Shown here one piece after another: positions 8,442-17,130 of a DNA stretch of 31,763 nucleotides. The first letter of the stretch is position 1. Each line of letters starts with the position of its first letter. The position numbers and the translations under genes are program-made. Source of the stretch: a virus. The stretch lies in UHGV virus genome UHGV-0245672; one strand, 5' to 3'. The notes under the pieces are model-generated. The model worked only from the letters and a program-made list of their open reading frames with translations. It was not told the DNA's origin and did not search any database.

Positions 8442-8680
8442 AAATACTGCCGAATACTCACGAACATTAACTAACGTAACTTATTGATAACACTGTAAGT
8501 TACTGTTTTTCGTAGATAGTTAATGCTTTATAATATAACTAATTATATATATTTTTTACACAATAAAATCAATGGCATACAACAAAACAAAACCATTAAA
8601 TGTCGCATAAGTGTCGCACTAAAACCAATACATCTACAATGTGCTTGTTTTTTTAATGTCGCAGATTTAATCTATTGCGG
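8408..8680. repeat. Probable attP region. There are direct repeats of an ATGTCGCA-containing motif (CCATTAAA(A)TGTCGCAnAAnTGTCGC) at about 8410-8437, 8594-8622 and 8656-8664, consistent with integrase arm-type binding sites.
   Basis: TGTCGC occurs five times within 270 bp at the 3' end of int and just downstream. P2-family attP lies next to the int 3' end. Confidence 0.5.
8476..8510 (+). terminator. Hairpin plus T-run downstream of int (GTAACTTA-N12-TAAGTTAC-TGTTTTT). Either an int terminator or a dyad within attP.
   Basis: 8-bp perfect inverted repeat followed by TTTTT. Confidence 0.4.
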
Positions 8681-8781
8681 CCCAAAAGTTAACTTTAATA
8701 AATTTCTAAGTTCCAATACTGAAATTTGATAGGTATTTTGCTCTTTAAAAAGGAAGTAAACTAAAATCGATTTTGATTAAT

Positions 8782-8811
8782 TTACATGCCACTCATTAAC
8801 CCTGCTATATT
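8782..8811 (+). promoter_or_regulatory. Candidate sigma70 promoter for the AIPR-like gene (TTACAT-18-TATATT), followed by the Shine-Dalgarno AGGAGAGAGAG at 8833-8843.
   Basis: Good -35/-10 hexamers with 18-nt spacing, about 45 nt upstream of the ATG at 8854, in an AT-rich leader. Confidence 0.45.
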
Positions 8812-8853
8812 TTTGTAGGAAAAGTTAAATCTCAGGAGAGAGAGAGTATTTAT

Positions 8854-10590
8854 ATGAGCTCAAGTAGAGAAATAGCAATACATGCTTTAAAAAGATATCT
8901 TACCAAAAACTATTCATCGCATATTGATATGAGCAATGTTGGTAGTAAAGCGACCGACAGAGAATATAATCTTATGTCAAGATGCATTGCTGCGCTATCT
9001 ATAAAATATCATAATACAGAATTAGATAATGAGATCTGCGCTGATAGCGTTTGTGACGGAAGTGATGATCATGGTGTTGATGCAATCTATGTTAATCATG
9101 ATAAGAGAACGGTCACAGTTGTTCAATCTAAGTTTGATTCTAGTGGAAATGGATCAATTGGGCGAAGCGAAATAAATGATTTCCTAAATTCCTGTAAAGA
9201 AATCCTTTTAGAAAAATATGATTTATTTAATGCTAGATTCCGCCGTTCGGAAAGTGACTTAGATAATGCCTATGATGCTTCATATAAATATATTTTTGCA
9301 TTTTCTTATAGTGGAGGAAACCAATTAAGCCATGATGTTCAAACTATAATTGAACAAAATAGAAAAGAGCTTAATTATGATATTGGGCCAGATGCAACCA
9401 CCATATCGATTCTAAATTTGGATGATCTTAGAGACTTCATCAGCAATCCAAATTCAATCAAAATAGATATGGATGATGTTGAGGTTTTACAATATGGGCT
9501 AAGCGACCATCCTTTACCTGCAGTTCATGGTATTGTCACTGGTGATATTGTTGCACACTGGTGGGAAAATTATGGTGATAGACTATTTGAGAAAAATATC
9601 AGGGGTGGGCTTGGAGATGTTTCGGAAGTAAACCAAGCAATAAGAGATACATTAATAAACCGTCCAGAGCTTTTCTATTATTTTAACAATGGCATTACCA
9701 TTCTTGTTGATTCTTATGCACCAAGAAGACGTAATAATATAAATAGAAGAGAATCAGGCGGATTCGACTTTAAAAACATGAGTGTAATTAACGGCGCTCA
9801 AACTATAAGCACTATTGGCAAGGCTTATCAGTCTGGTGATGCAACAGATGATATTCTGAGTAAAGTAAAAATATCATGCCGGTTTATAAAATCTTTAATT
9901 AATAATAGTGATGACGCTACAGATGATGATGTAGATGATATTTCATTAGACATTACCATAGCAAATAACAATCAAAATAAAGTTACATCTAGAGATTTTG
10001 CATCCAAAGATCCAATACAACTCGAACTAAGAAAATCAATTTCTTTTGAACATCCATATCAGTATGAGATAAAAAGAAGCGACACTCCCCAAGCGAATCC
10101 ATCACCATATATTATTGACATGGATGATGCACTCAATGCTCTAGTCTGCTGTAACTTCTCATTAAGAAACATTGCAAACTTAAAGTCCAACAGAGGTCGT
10201 TTTTTCGAAAGTCTAACAGGCCCATTATATAAAAGCGTATTTAACCCGAGCATCACAAGTGTCAAAGTTATAAATGCAGTAAATGTTTATAGAGAATGCT
10301 TAAATCATTTATTACATTTAGAAAAGACATGCACTGTAAAGAGAGAACAAAAGATTGTAATACATGGTCGCTATGTTTTAATTTCTATTGCAATGAATAA
10401 ACATCCTAATATTTTGAATTCATCCTCAGTTATAGCTATGACTTCCCTACCTAATTTTACTCCGACACTGGATGATGCTTTTGATACTATTACTACCTAT
10501 ATTGATAACCATTACTCTTCAAGTCATATGCCTCGCTTCTTTGAAAACCAGCAGAAACTAAAAGAGATTTACGCTCTTTTTAGCATGTAA
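8854..10590 (+). CDS. Candidate abortive-infection / defence protein resembling the AIPR family (578 aa). It is AT-rich cargo with its own promoter and terminator.
   Basis: The long ORF is strongly AT-rich, in contrast to the GC-rich phage backbone. N-terminal GVDAIYV...TVTVVQSKF resembles a PD-(D/E)xK-like core. FYYFNNGITIL and INGAQT motifs are recalled from AIPR-family Abi proteins. Location is int/att-proximal. Confidence 0.55.
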   Translation: MSSSREIAIHALKRYLTKNYSSHIDMSNVGSKATDREYNLMSRCIAALSIKYHNTELDNEICADSVCDGSDDHGVDAIYVNHDKRTVTVVQSKFDSSGNGSIGRSEINDFLNSCKEILLEKYDLFNARFRRSESDLDNAYDASYKYIFAFSYSGGNQLSHDVQTIIEQNRKELNYDIGPDATTISILNLDDLRDFISNPNSIKIDMDDVEVLQYGLSDHPLPAVHGIVTGDIVAHWWENYGDRLFEKNIRGGLGDVSEVNQAIRDTLINRPELFYYFNNGITILVDSYAPRRRNNINRRESGGFDFKNMSVINGAQTISTIGKAYQSGDATDDILSKVKISCRFIKSLINNSDDATDDDVDDISLDITIANNNQNKVTSRDFASKDPIQLELRKSISFEHPYQYEIKRSDTPQANPSPYIIDMDDALNALVCCNFSLRNIANLKSNRGRFFESLTGPLYKSVFNPSITSVKVINAVNVYRECLNHLLHLEKTCTVKREQKIVIHGRYVLISIAMNKHPNILNSSSVIAMTSLPNFTPTLDDAFDTITTYIDNHYSSSHMPRFFENQQKLKEIYALFSM

Positions 10591-10608
10591 ACATAGAATA
10601 AATTAAAA

Positions 10609-10640
10609 GCACCCTCTATATAAGAGGGTGCACAATTTTA
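10609..10640 (+). terminator. Rho-independent terminator of the AIPR-like gene.
   Basis: GCACCCTCT-ATATAA-GAGGGTGC stem-loop followed by ACAATTTT, 19 nt after the stop codon. Confidence 0.7.
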
Positions 10641-11135
10641 CAAAAAGCTTAATGTGAATAATTTTCAGTTTTTAAATCTCCAAAAAATCTCGCAACCCTT
10701 ATGTGCACTGGGGACATGCTCGATAACATGCTAATCATAGCAACCAATTAAGATCCAAAAATTTAAACAAAAATAAATAATAAACTTATTTTTCAACATG
10801 ATACAAAACACATCCATTTTAATATGATCTAATAAACTGAAAAATGCTGAAATCCTTTTCAATCTTTTCAGTTCACGTTCTCCGCTAATCCCCCAGTAAT
10901 GGCGCTCTCCGGGTTGGTCATTTGAAGAAAAAGAAAACTGAAAAATTTTATCGATCCAGAAACCGCAGGCGGGTGCGGTGTAGTGCCGTTTTTGTCTGTG
11001 AAGTATTTCTTTTGTCAGCATGTAGAGCCGTCAGTACCTCGCTGTGCATTTGATCTTATTGAGGTGCCTCGAGTGGTATCTGAGCATTGCAATGCGTACA
11101 GTGTGCGTTCTGTGCCGTCTGTTAACAGGCACAAA

Positions 11136-11166
11136 AAAACCCGCGTTATGCGGGTTAGCGGAATAC
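11136..11166 (-). terminator. Rho-independent terminator (minus strand) of the 110-aa secreted-protein gene.
   Basis: On the minus strand, AACCCGCATAACGCGGGTT followed by TTTTTTT. Confidence 0.65.
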
Positions 11167-11197
11167 TCTATTTATATCAACCGATATGAAGCTATGG

Positions 11198-11530
11198 TTA
11201 TCGGCAGGCTTTCTGACCAACATAGTATGCAATTGAACGGTCAATTATTGGTGCCATATTAGGATCTGCTGCTGAGTTATTCATTTGCTCGATTGTGTCA
11301 CCACTTCCGAGATACTTCACTGTCGAGGCTTTACAGTCGTACAAACGCTTCGAATACGACACTCCGGATGGTCCCTCTCTCTTAGTTGTTATAGTGGCCA
11401 TGTCGCCGCTACGCGTCTTATCTAAGACCGTGTAACTAGCTTTCGAATCTGTTGGCACAGAAAAAACTTCAGCGGCTAACACAGTGAATGAAACTGCTGC
11501 GCCTACAGCTAATACGATGAAACGCTTCAT
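11198..11530 (-). CDS. Secreted/periplasmic small protein (110 aa), moron of unknown function.
   Basis: Classical Sec signal peptide MKRFIVLAVGAAVSFTVLA-AEV. Mature part of about 90 aa with two Cys. Own Shine-Dalgarno (AAAGGAAAAGGGA) and own terminator. Sits in the accessory island. Confidence 0.65.
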   Translation of the reverse strand: MKRFIVLAVGAAVSFTVLAAEVFSVPTDSKASYTVLDKTRSGDMATITTKREGPSGVSYSKRLYDCKASTVKYLGSGDTIEQMNNSAADPNMAPIIDRSIAYYVGQKACR

Positions 11531-11635
11531 ATCCCTTTTCCTATCCTTTGAGCCAGTAATAATCCTATCGCAACAATCCTAACAAGGAACTGAGGAAACG
11601 ACAAAGCCCGCATTATGCGCGGGCTGATGGGATGG

Positions 11636-13339
11636 TCAGGCGATTATTTTCTGGTACTTACTCCGGGTCTGCCCTGCCTTCTCTGCCGTCTGAGTAAATG
11701 CTCCGGCATTGGTTGGCGTACCAACACTGGGGTGTGAATGGCTCGCACATTGCTGCGCCAGCTCGGCCAGTAAATCAATGGTGTCCAGCATCATGGCCAG
11801 CGTGTTGACGCTCTCACTGCCAATATGGACGGTTGGTCCCATAATCTGCTGACCGCCCGCCGCCACCGATTTACGTAATGCGGCAATCTTTTCTGTCAGG
11901 GTTCCCCCCACATCAACATCCACGGCACCGGCTACTTTCGTGGATTGTTTGCCGGTAATATCGGTTTCGTCATTTCCTTCAATGCTGGCCAACCTGTTGC
12001 CTTTCACGGCCTGGCTATAATCACCGGCACTGACCTGCTGAATGGCTCCGGCCATCAGGGTTGAGGTACCCAGAACCGTGGTCTTATCCGTGGCTTTAAC
12101 CGTTGTTTCACGGCTGACCAGCTCGCGCTGTTCCGTATCGGCTTTGACCGTCCGCGCCATCGATGTTTCGCTGATGGTCTGATCGGTCTGCCTCACCCAG
12201 TCGCCAGCCTGGGTAACACGTTGCGACACTTCCGCCCGCTGCTGTTGCAGCTGCTCGCCGGGTTTAACATCCGGCAGACTGGTACCATCCGGCAGTGTCT
12301 GCCTGATAAACGGTTTATCCGGGCGTCCACCGGTAAACGCAACTTCAACCAGCGTCCCTTCAGGCGGGAACTGGAACATACCCGAATCATTACCAGCCAT
12401 AGGTACCGGCAGCGGCACCGCAGAATATACCGGCGTCTGATTATCCGGGTTACCGTCTGCATCAAGCAGCTGCACATCAACGGCATAGCGCGGCCGGAAC
12501 GGATCGGAAAAATTACCACTTTTCACGGTCTCGCTGGGTGCCACCACTCTGGCCAGTTTTGGCAGATGCAGCCCGGAAGCCAGTTCCGGGTAATGACTTT
12601 CAATCTGGCGCTGTGCCGGTGTTTTCTGTAATGGCTGACCTGTTGCGCGGTTTCTGGGTGTCCAGGTGACGGCCATTGTGTCATTGGTCAGATGAACTTT
12701 GGTCACGCGCTCCCCGTTCAGCTCCACACCCGGCCGCAGACTCTGGATCACCGGCAGCGTCATGGAATTACCGCCAGCAGCCCCCTGACTGAACTCTGCC
12801 GGGATATCGACCGGACGACCGGCAAACATCGCTTTTTCCGCTCCGCCCACATACAGGGAACCATCCGGCAGCTGGTACCAGATGTAATCCGGGATACTGA
12901 ACGCCCTGCCCAGATTATTCAGCAGCTGATAACCCGTGCCGTTATGGGTGAAATGGGGGATCGGTTTATCGCTGTAAGGAGCATCCGGCACACTGACAGC
13001 TATTCCGCTGTTTTCCTCCAGCCAGCTGGCTACCTTGCGCAAAGTGGGATGCTGAAATGAACATGGCCACATCCTTTCAAATACGCCGACCAGCTCGCGC
13101 ACAAACAGACGCTGAAAACCGTTTTCGGCGGGTTGTGCGCGTTCCACGTAGCCGGTAAACCAGCGCAAAAGGAGATCGGAGTATCCCACATCCAGCCGCA
13201 CCAGTTTCCCGGTGTAATCCGTGGCTGTCTGTGCAGTGATAAATCCCCGGCCGCAGCTGTTCAGCTCCAGTGCCAGACTGGCATCAGCCAGGTGAACTTC
13301 ATCCGTTGAAAGGTACAGGCGTTTAACTGGTTTCATCAT
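11636..13339 (-). CDS. Baseplate hub-spike fusion protein (gpD / Mu gp44-like N-terminal region plus gpV / VgrG-like beta-helical spike C-terminal region), putative.
   Basis: 567 aa, the last gene of the tail operon and translationally coupled to the upstream ORF. The C-terminal 200 aa is a T/V/G-rich repetitive beta-strand region ending HSHPSVGTPTNAG, typical of spike tips. Size roughly equals hub plus spike. A terminator hairpin lies at 11605-11628. Confidence 0.5.
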   Translation of the reverse strand: MMKPVKRLYLSTDEVHLADASLALELNSCGRGFITAQTATDYTGKLVRLDVGYSDLLLRWFTGYVERAQPAENGFQRLFVRELVGVFERMWPCSFQHPTLRKVASWLEENSGIAVSVPDAPYSDKPIPHFTHNGTGYQLLNNLGRAFSIPDYIWYQLPDGSLYVGGAEKAMFAGRPVDIPAEFSQGAAGGNSMTLPVIQSLRPGVELNGERVTKVHLTNDTMAVTWTPRNRATGQPLQKTPAQRQIESHYPELASGLHLPKLARVVAPSETVKSGNFSDPFRPRYAVDVQLLDADGNPDNQTPVYSAVPLPVPMAGNDSGMFQFPPEGTLVEVAFTGGRPDKPFIRQTLPDGTSLPDVKPGEQLQQQRAEVSQRVTQAGDWVRQTDQTISETSMARTVKADTEQRELVSRETTVKATDKTTVLGTSTLMAGAIQQVSAGDYSQAVKGNRLASIEGNDETDITGKQSTKVAGAVDVDVGGTLTEKIAALRKSVAAGGQQIMGPTVHIGSESVNTLAMMLDTIDLLAELAQQCASHSHPSVGTPTNAGAFTQTAEKAGQTRSKYQKIIA

Positions 13340-13884
13340 TAACCCAAAGCATCATTGACGGGTTTAAGCACCCGTTTTTCAAACCACGTCAGTTTTTCTT
13401 CATCTTCCCCGGCACTCTGGCCACCAGGCTGTCCCGCATTACCGGCCGTCTGTTTTTTGGCTGACGTTTTGCCTGTTGCCCGGGCTTCCCGCTTTTCCTG
13501 CACGCTGATATGTTCTGCCAGGGTGAACGTGACCAGCCAGGCCATTTTCCCGTCCTGCTGCGGGGCATCAAGCGTCCCGCTGAATGTCGCCTCGCGAAAA
13601 TTCACGGCTCTGGCCACTTCATGCGCCACACGGTATTTCTGGCGGTTGCCTCCGGCATCCGTGGCGCTGGCCAGCTCAAAAATACGCTTCAGGATCTCCG
13701 GGCTTTTAAACGGAATTTCGCCACTGATACGCAGCTCTTTCCCTTTTGCCCCCTGTTCTGATTTGGTTGTGGCGCTTGTCTGGCCGGACTGGTCTTTATC
13801 CTGAAACTGCTGCGATACGGTCACGCGCATGTTTTTCAGCTGGATAGCCTCTCCATTAAGCGCCAGCGTTGGGATCGAAGTCAT
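13339..13884 (-). CDS. Tail-operon protein of unknown role (181 aa; Q/K/G-rich low-complexity segments).
   Basis: Translationally coupled on both sides (overlaps 13856-13884 and the ATGA at 13339). GC-rich like the phage backbone. Confidence 0.45.
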   Translation of the reverse strand: MTSIPTLALNGEAIQLKNMRVTVSQQFQDKDQSGQTSATTKSEQGAKGKELRISGEIPFKSPEILKRIFELASATDAGGNRQKYRVAHEVARAVNFREATFSGTLDAPQQDGKMAWLVTFTLAEHISVQEKREARATGKTSAKKQTAGNAGQPGGQSAGEDEEKLTWFEKRVLKPVNDALG

Positions 13885-14581
13885 GAATCATTCCCTTTAT
13901 TCCATCCAGATTGTCACCGACCAGCATCACCGCCGCGGTATATACGGCTGACGGTTGCGGGATATCCTTTACCAGTTCCAGCAACGTGGTGGCAGTATCG
14001 CCGGTGCTGGTAAACACCCATGCTCTGGCACTTTTTCCCTGCAAATCATTCAGCCCGCTGGCCACATCACTGATCAGGCTGTCGCGCAGCTGCGCGAACT
14101 CACCCAGTTGTTGCTTTAATCCGTCCAGGCTGAATCCCACACTGGCCGCTTTTTGTGCCTGGCTGACAGCCGCCGCAGACAATGCCGCCCTGCTGGTTGG
14201 CACAGACAGCGGAATGGCCACCGGCAACCCCGCCCCGGCTTTAGCGGGGATCTGCATTTTTTCGATGGCCAGCGCCGCAGCGGATTGTGCCAGGCGCTTG
14301 ACCTGCGTGAATGCCGGTGCCGGGAAAACATCAACCAGACCGTTGAGACGGGTCATAAAATTCTCATGCGTCTGGCCTGTCACCATCATGATCATCACAT
14401 CGGCATTCCCGCCCGTTCCGGCCAGCCTTTCAGCAAGATAGCGGACGGCATTCACCGGGCTGAGATATGCCCCGTTATCCGTCTGCTGCCCCAGGCCGTT
14501 TATCCACGGATGCGCCGGAACAACGGAACAATTCAGCGCGGCCAGTGAGTCAGTAAAAGCCAGACGTGCTTCACGCCACAT
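13856..14581 (-). CDS. Tail-operon protein of unknown role (241 aa).
   Basis: Overlaps the tail-fibre assembly gene by 11 nt and the next ORF by 29 nt. No recognisable family motif. Confidence 0.45.
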   Translation of the reverse strand: MWREARLAFTDSLAALNCSVVPAHPWINGLGQQTDNGAYLSPVNAVRYLAERLAGTGGNADVMIMMVTGQTHENFMTRLNGLVDVFPAPAFTQVKRLAQSAAALAIEKMQIPAKAGAGLPVAIPLSVPTSRAALSAAAVSQAQKAASVGFSLDGLKQQLGEFAQLRDSLISDVASGLNDLQGKSARAWVFTSTGDTATTLLELVKDIPQPSAVYTAAVMLVGDNLDGIKGMIHDFDPNAGA

Positions 14582-15104
14582 CAGGCACCTCCGGCCAGTT
14601 AATATCTGGCGCTGTGCTCAGATCCAGACGGCGCAAAGCAGTGCGGTAAGCGCGTAGTGTTGCCAGTTCTGTTTCCTCATCGGATGAAATATCACCGTCT
14701 TTTTGCGCATCCTCCAGCCAATCAATACGCGTTGTAACCTCCGCCATACGGTTGCCACGTTCCGCTTCAGCGTCAGCCAGATAATTGCGGATTTGCTGTA
14801 ATTTGCCGTCTTTATAAAACCAGTCATCACCCAGCGTGACGCGCAAATTAGCTTTTGTGGCCGGAAGCTCGACAACACTCAGATTGACCGGGAAAAGCGC
14901 ATGAATATTTGTCGTGAACGTTCTTACACGACCATCATCGTCATATCCAATTTTCAGCGTTTTTGATTCATCAAATAATTCAATAACGTCATACCAGTCA
15001 TTACCTTTATCATCCTGCAAAAACATAACATTCTGACCATCTATAATTCTTGGCCTGTCAGTAGTGTCTGGTGTATATGGGATGAATTTGCCAAAGCGTT
15101 GCAT
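14571..15104 (-). CDS. Tail fibre assembly protein (P2 gpG / lambda Tfa family).
   Basis: C-terminal ...TLRAYRTALRRLDLSTAPDINWPEVP is typical of the Tfa family. Immediately downstream of the tail-fibre gene. Confidence 0.8.
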   Translation of the reverse strand: MQRFGKFIPYTPDTTDRPRIIDGQNVMFLQDDKGNDWYDVIELFDESKTLKIGYDDDGRVRTFTTNIHALFPVNLSVVELPATKANLRVTLGDDWFYKDGKLQQIRNYLADAEAERGNRMAEVTTRIDWLEDAQKDGDISSDEETELATLRAYRTALRRLDLSTAPDINWPEVPDVA

Positions 15105-15116
15105 TTTTATTTACCT

Positions 15117-17120
15117 TTAATTAATCACATACCAGGTGTTATTCACCTGTTTCCGCATATAACGAATGATAAAATTACCAACGTTACTGCTACCACCAAC
15201 CATATTAAAGTTGTACATGGCTGCGCCATCTGTCCCTCGTGGATACCCCCACCCATCACGAAATCCAACTTCAGCAGGTGCTGTCAGGTCAATATTTTGG
15301 ACAAAGTTCTGCAACACCCAGCTTTGCGTTGCATAACCTTCAAAGCTAACGGGCTGCGGGTTGTTGGGTGAATAAACGCGAGTGTTACCTTCATAAACAG
15401 CACGACCTGACAAATTACCACTAACTGTCGTATTTCCATTGCGTCCTATGGTTAATGGATTTGATTCCCACGCACCTTTAATGTCATAAAAATGAATATC
15501 AAATCTGTCCTGATAATAACCATATCCGCAAGCCAGTACTCCGTTATCATCGCCGTTGAATATTAAGTGGTTAGCGCCATTTCTGGGTTGCGAGAATGAA
15601 AAGGAAAGTTGCCCCTTTAAATCACCACCTGTTATTGGTAGCGCCCCCACATCTGTAGAGGTTGGTTTATTTCCCGTGTGAAACACATAATTCCATTTAT
15701 TCCATGTTCTGTTATCACCATTACGCGCACGAAACGCCAGTATTTCGCCTGTCGAGTAGTTAGCGAATAGCTGGATGCTATAACCACTACCAAGCCCGGA
15801 AACATCCAGGATAGTCCCTGTATTTCCACTCGGTGAGTTTTTGGCATCACCATAGACAAACGATACTGCGTTAACCGGAAGGTTATTAGCATCGTCTACC
15901 TGTCCTCCATTGATTGCGCTGATGCTACGAACAGCAATAGCACTACCATTAACCAGCAATTTTCCGGCAGTAATATCATCCTGAGAAGTCTGGACCTCAC
16001 TTCGCTGCACTGCTCCGGCTGCTTTGTTAACTGTTTCCTGCAAACCAATGTTTTGAATAAACAGAGGTTTATTCGGAATGTCTCCACCGTTACGCTCTTT
16101 TGCAAGACGCGCATTGGCGTTATCCATCGCGATTTTAACCGCTTTCAATGTAGCGGCGAGTTCTTCGCTGGTGCTGTCCGTTGCACTGCTTAACTGGGTG
16201 AATCCCTTCGCGCTGGTCGTGGCATCAGGATGATTTCGGGACTGCTCATGCTTTTTCAGCGCATCACTGGCCTGTTGTTCATTCAGCGTTCCTTTTGGCC
16301 GTAAATCCGTGATATTGCCATTCACATCAATGCTGGCCACAGCAAACACATAATGCTGAACGCCGTTCTGCACGTAATCTGCCAGGTTTTCCGCCACGGT
16401 GATTTTGCACTGCGCGTTCCAGACACTGGTCAGCGATCCCGTCCAGCACACATCCAGCCAGACTTTGACCGGTTTTGTCGTCACGGTGATATTCTGATTG
16501 TCAGCCAGTGACGTACGCAGCCCTGCTACATAGCCGGTGCCTTTGGTAACAAAGAACTGATTGCCCGTTTTACCGACCAGCCAGCCATCGCCAAAGAATG
16601 CCGCAGCCCCGTAAATATCCGTGTTTTCCAGGCGCTGACGTTCATCCATTCCGGCCATTCGCGCCGTGAAATCAATCTGCCAGGTCTCAGCCGGTGTATT
16701 AATCCCGGTTTCGGTCTGTGCGCCGTTGTACTCCATCAGAAACGAACGGGTTAGCACGTTCCCCTGCTGCCCTTCCGCTGTTTTCAGCTTTTGCTGTAAT
16801 GGCGCATGAACAATCATGGCCAGAGTGCCGCTGGCCTTGTTCAGCAGACCGATCCAGTTGAAACTGAAGTCGCCCACATCAGCGCCCAGAACGGCGGAAT
16901 ACACCACGCCATTTTCATTCACCACGCCAGTGCGGGTAACAGGCTGCCGGTGCACAATATGTTCCACAGGCGGCAGTGCTTCACTACGATCAACGGGAAT
17001 ATCCGGGTTCAGCCCTGGCACATTCGCAAACACAAATTCATCCAGTAACACCGGCTCGCCGGTCGCACCCTGCTGCGCTTTCCAGTGTTCAAACACCAGC
17101 GTGATAGCTGTCTGTGACAT
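15117..17120 (-). CDS. H: Tail fibre protein (P2 gpH family) with a mosaic, AT-richer distal (C-terminal) receptor-binding part.
   Basis: 667 aa. Conserved gpH-like N-terminus (MSQTAITLVFEHWKAQ...GLLNKASGTLAMIVHAP...SFLMEY). The 3' third (about 15117-16100) has markedly lower GC. Confidence 0.8.
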   Translation of the reverse strand: MSQTAITLVFEHWKAQQGATGEPVLLDEFVFANVPGLNPDIPVDRSEALPPVEHIVHRQPVTRTGVVNENGVVYSAVLGADVGDFSFNWIGLLNKASGTLAMIVHAPLQQKLKTAEGQQGNVLTRSFLMEYNGAQTETGINTPAETWQIDFTARMAGMDERQRLENTDIYGAAAFFGDGWLVGKTGNQFFVTKGTGYVAGLRTSLADNQNITVTTKPVKVWLDVCWTGSLTSVWNAQCKITVAENLADYVQNGVQHYVFAVASIDVNGNITDLRPKGTLNEQQASDALKKHEQSRNHPDATTSAKGFTQLSSATDSTSEELAATLKAVKIAMDNANARLAKERNGGDIPNKPLFIQNIGLQETVNKAAGAVQRSEVQTSQDDITAGKLLVNGSAIAVRSISAINGGQVDDANNLPVNAVSFVYGDAKNSPSGNTGTILDVSGLGSGYSIQLFANYSTGEILAFRARNGDNRTWNKWNYVFHTGNKPTSTDVGALPITGGDLKGQLSFSFSQPRNGANHLIFNGDDNGVLACGYGYYQDRFDIHFYDIKGAWESNPLTIGRNGNTTVSGNLSGRAVYEGNTRVYSPNNPQPVSFEGYATQSWVLQNFVQNIDLTAPAEVGFRDGWGYPRGTDGAAMYNFNMVGGSSNVGNFIIRYMRKQVNNTWYVIN

Positions 17121-17130
17121 AAAAAACTCC

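Noticed and set aside
8523-8729. 68-aa plus-strand ORF inside the putative attP region.
   Set aside because: Extremely AT-rich with an N/I/Y-rich translation. Overlaps the integrase arm-type repeats. No ribosome-binding site.
10731-11021. 96-aa minus-strand ORF in the AT-rich non-coding stretch of the island.
   Set aside because: Low-complexity translation (FIIYFCLNFWILIGCYD). No Shine-Dalgarno. Spans hairpin and repeat elements. More likely non-coding.
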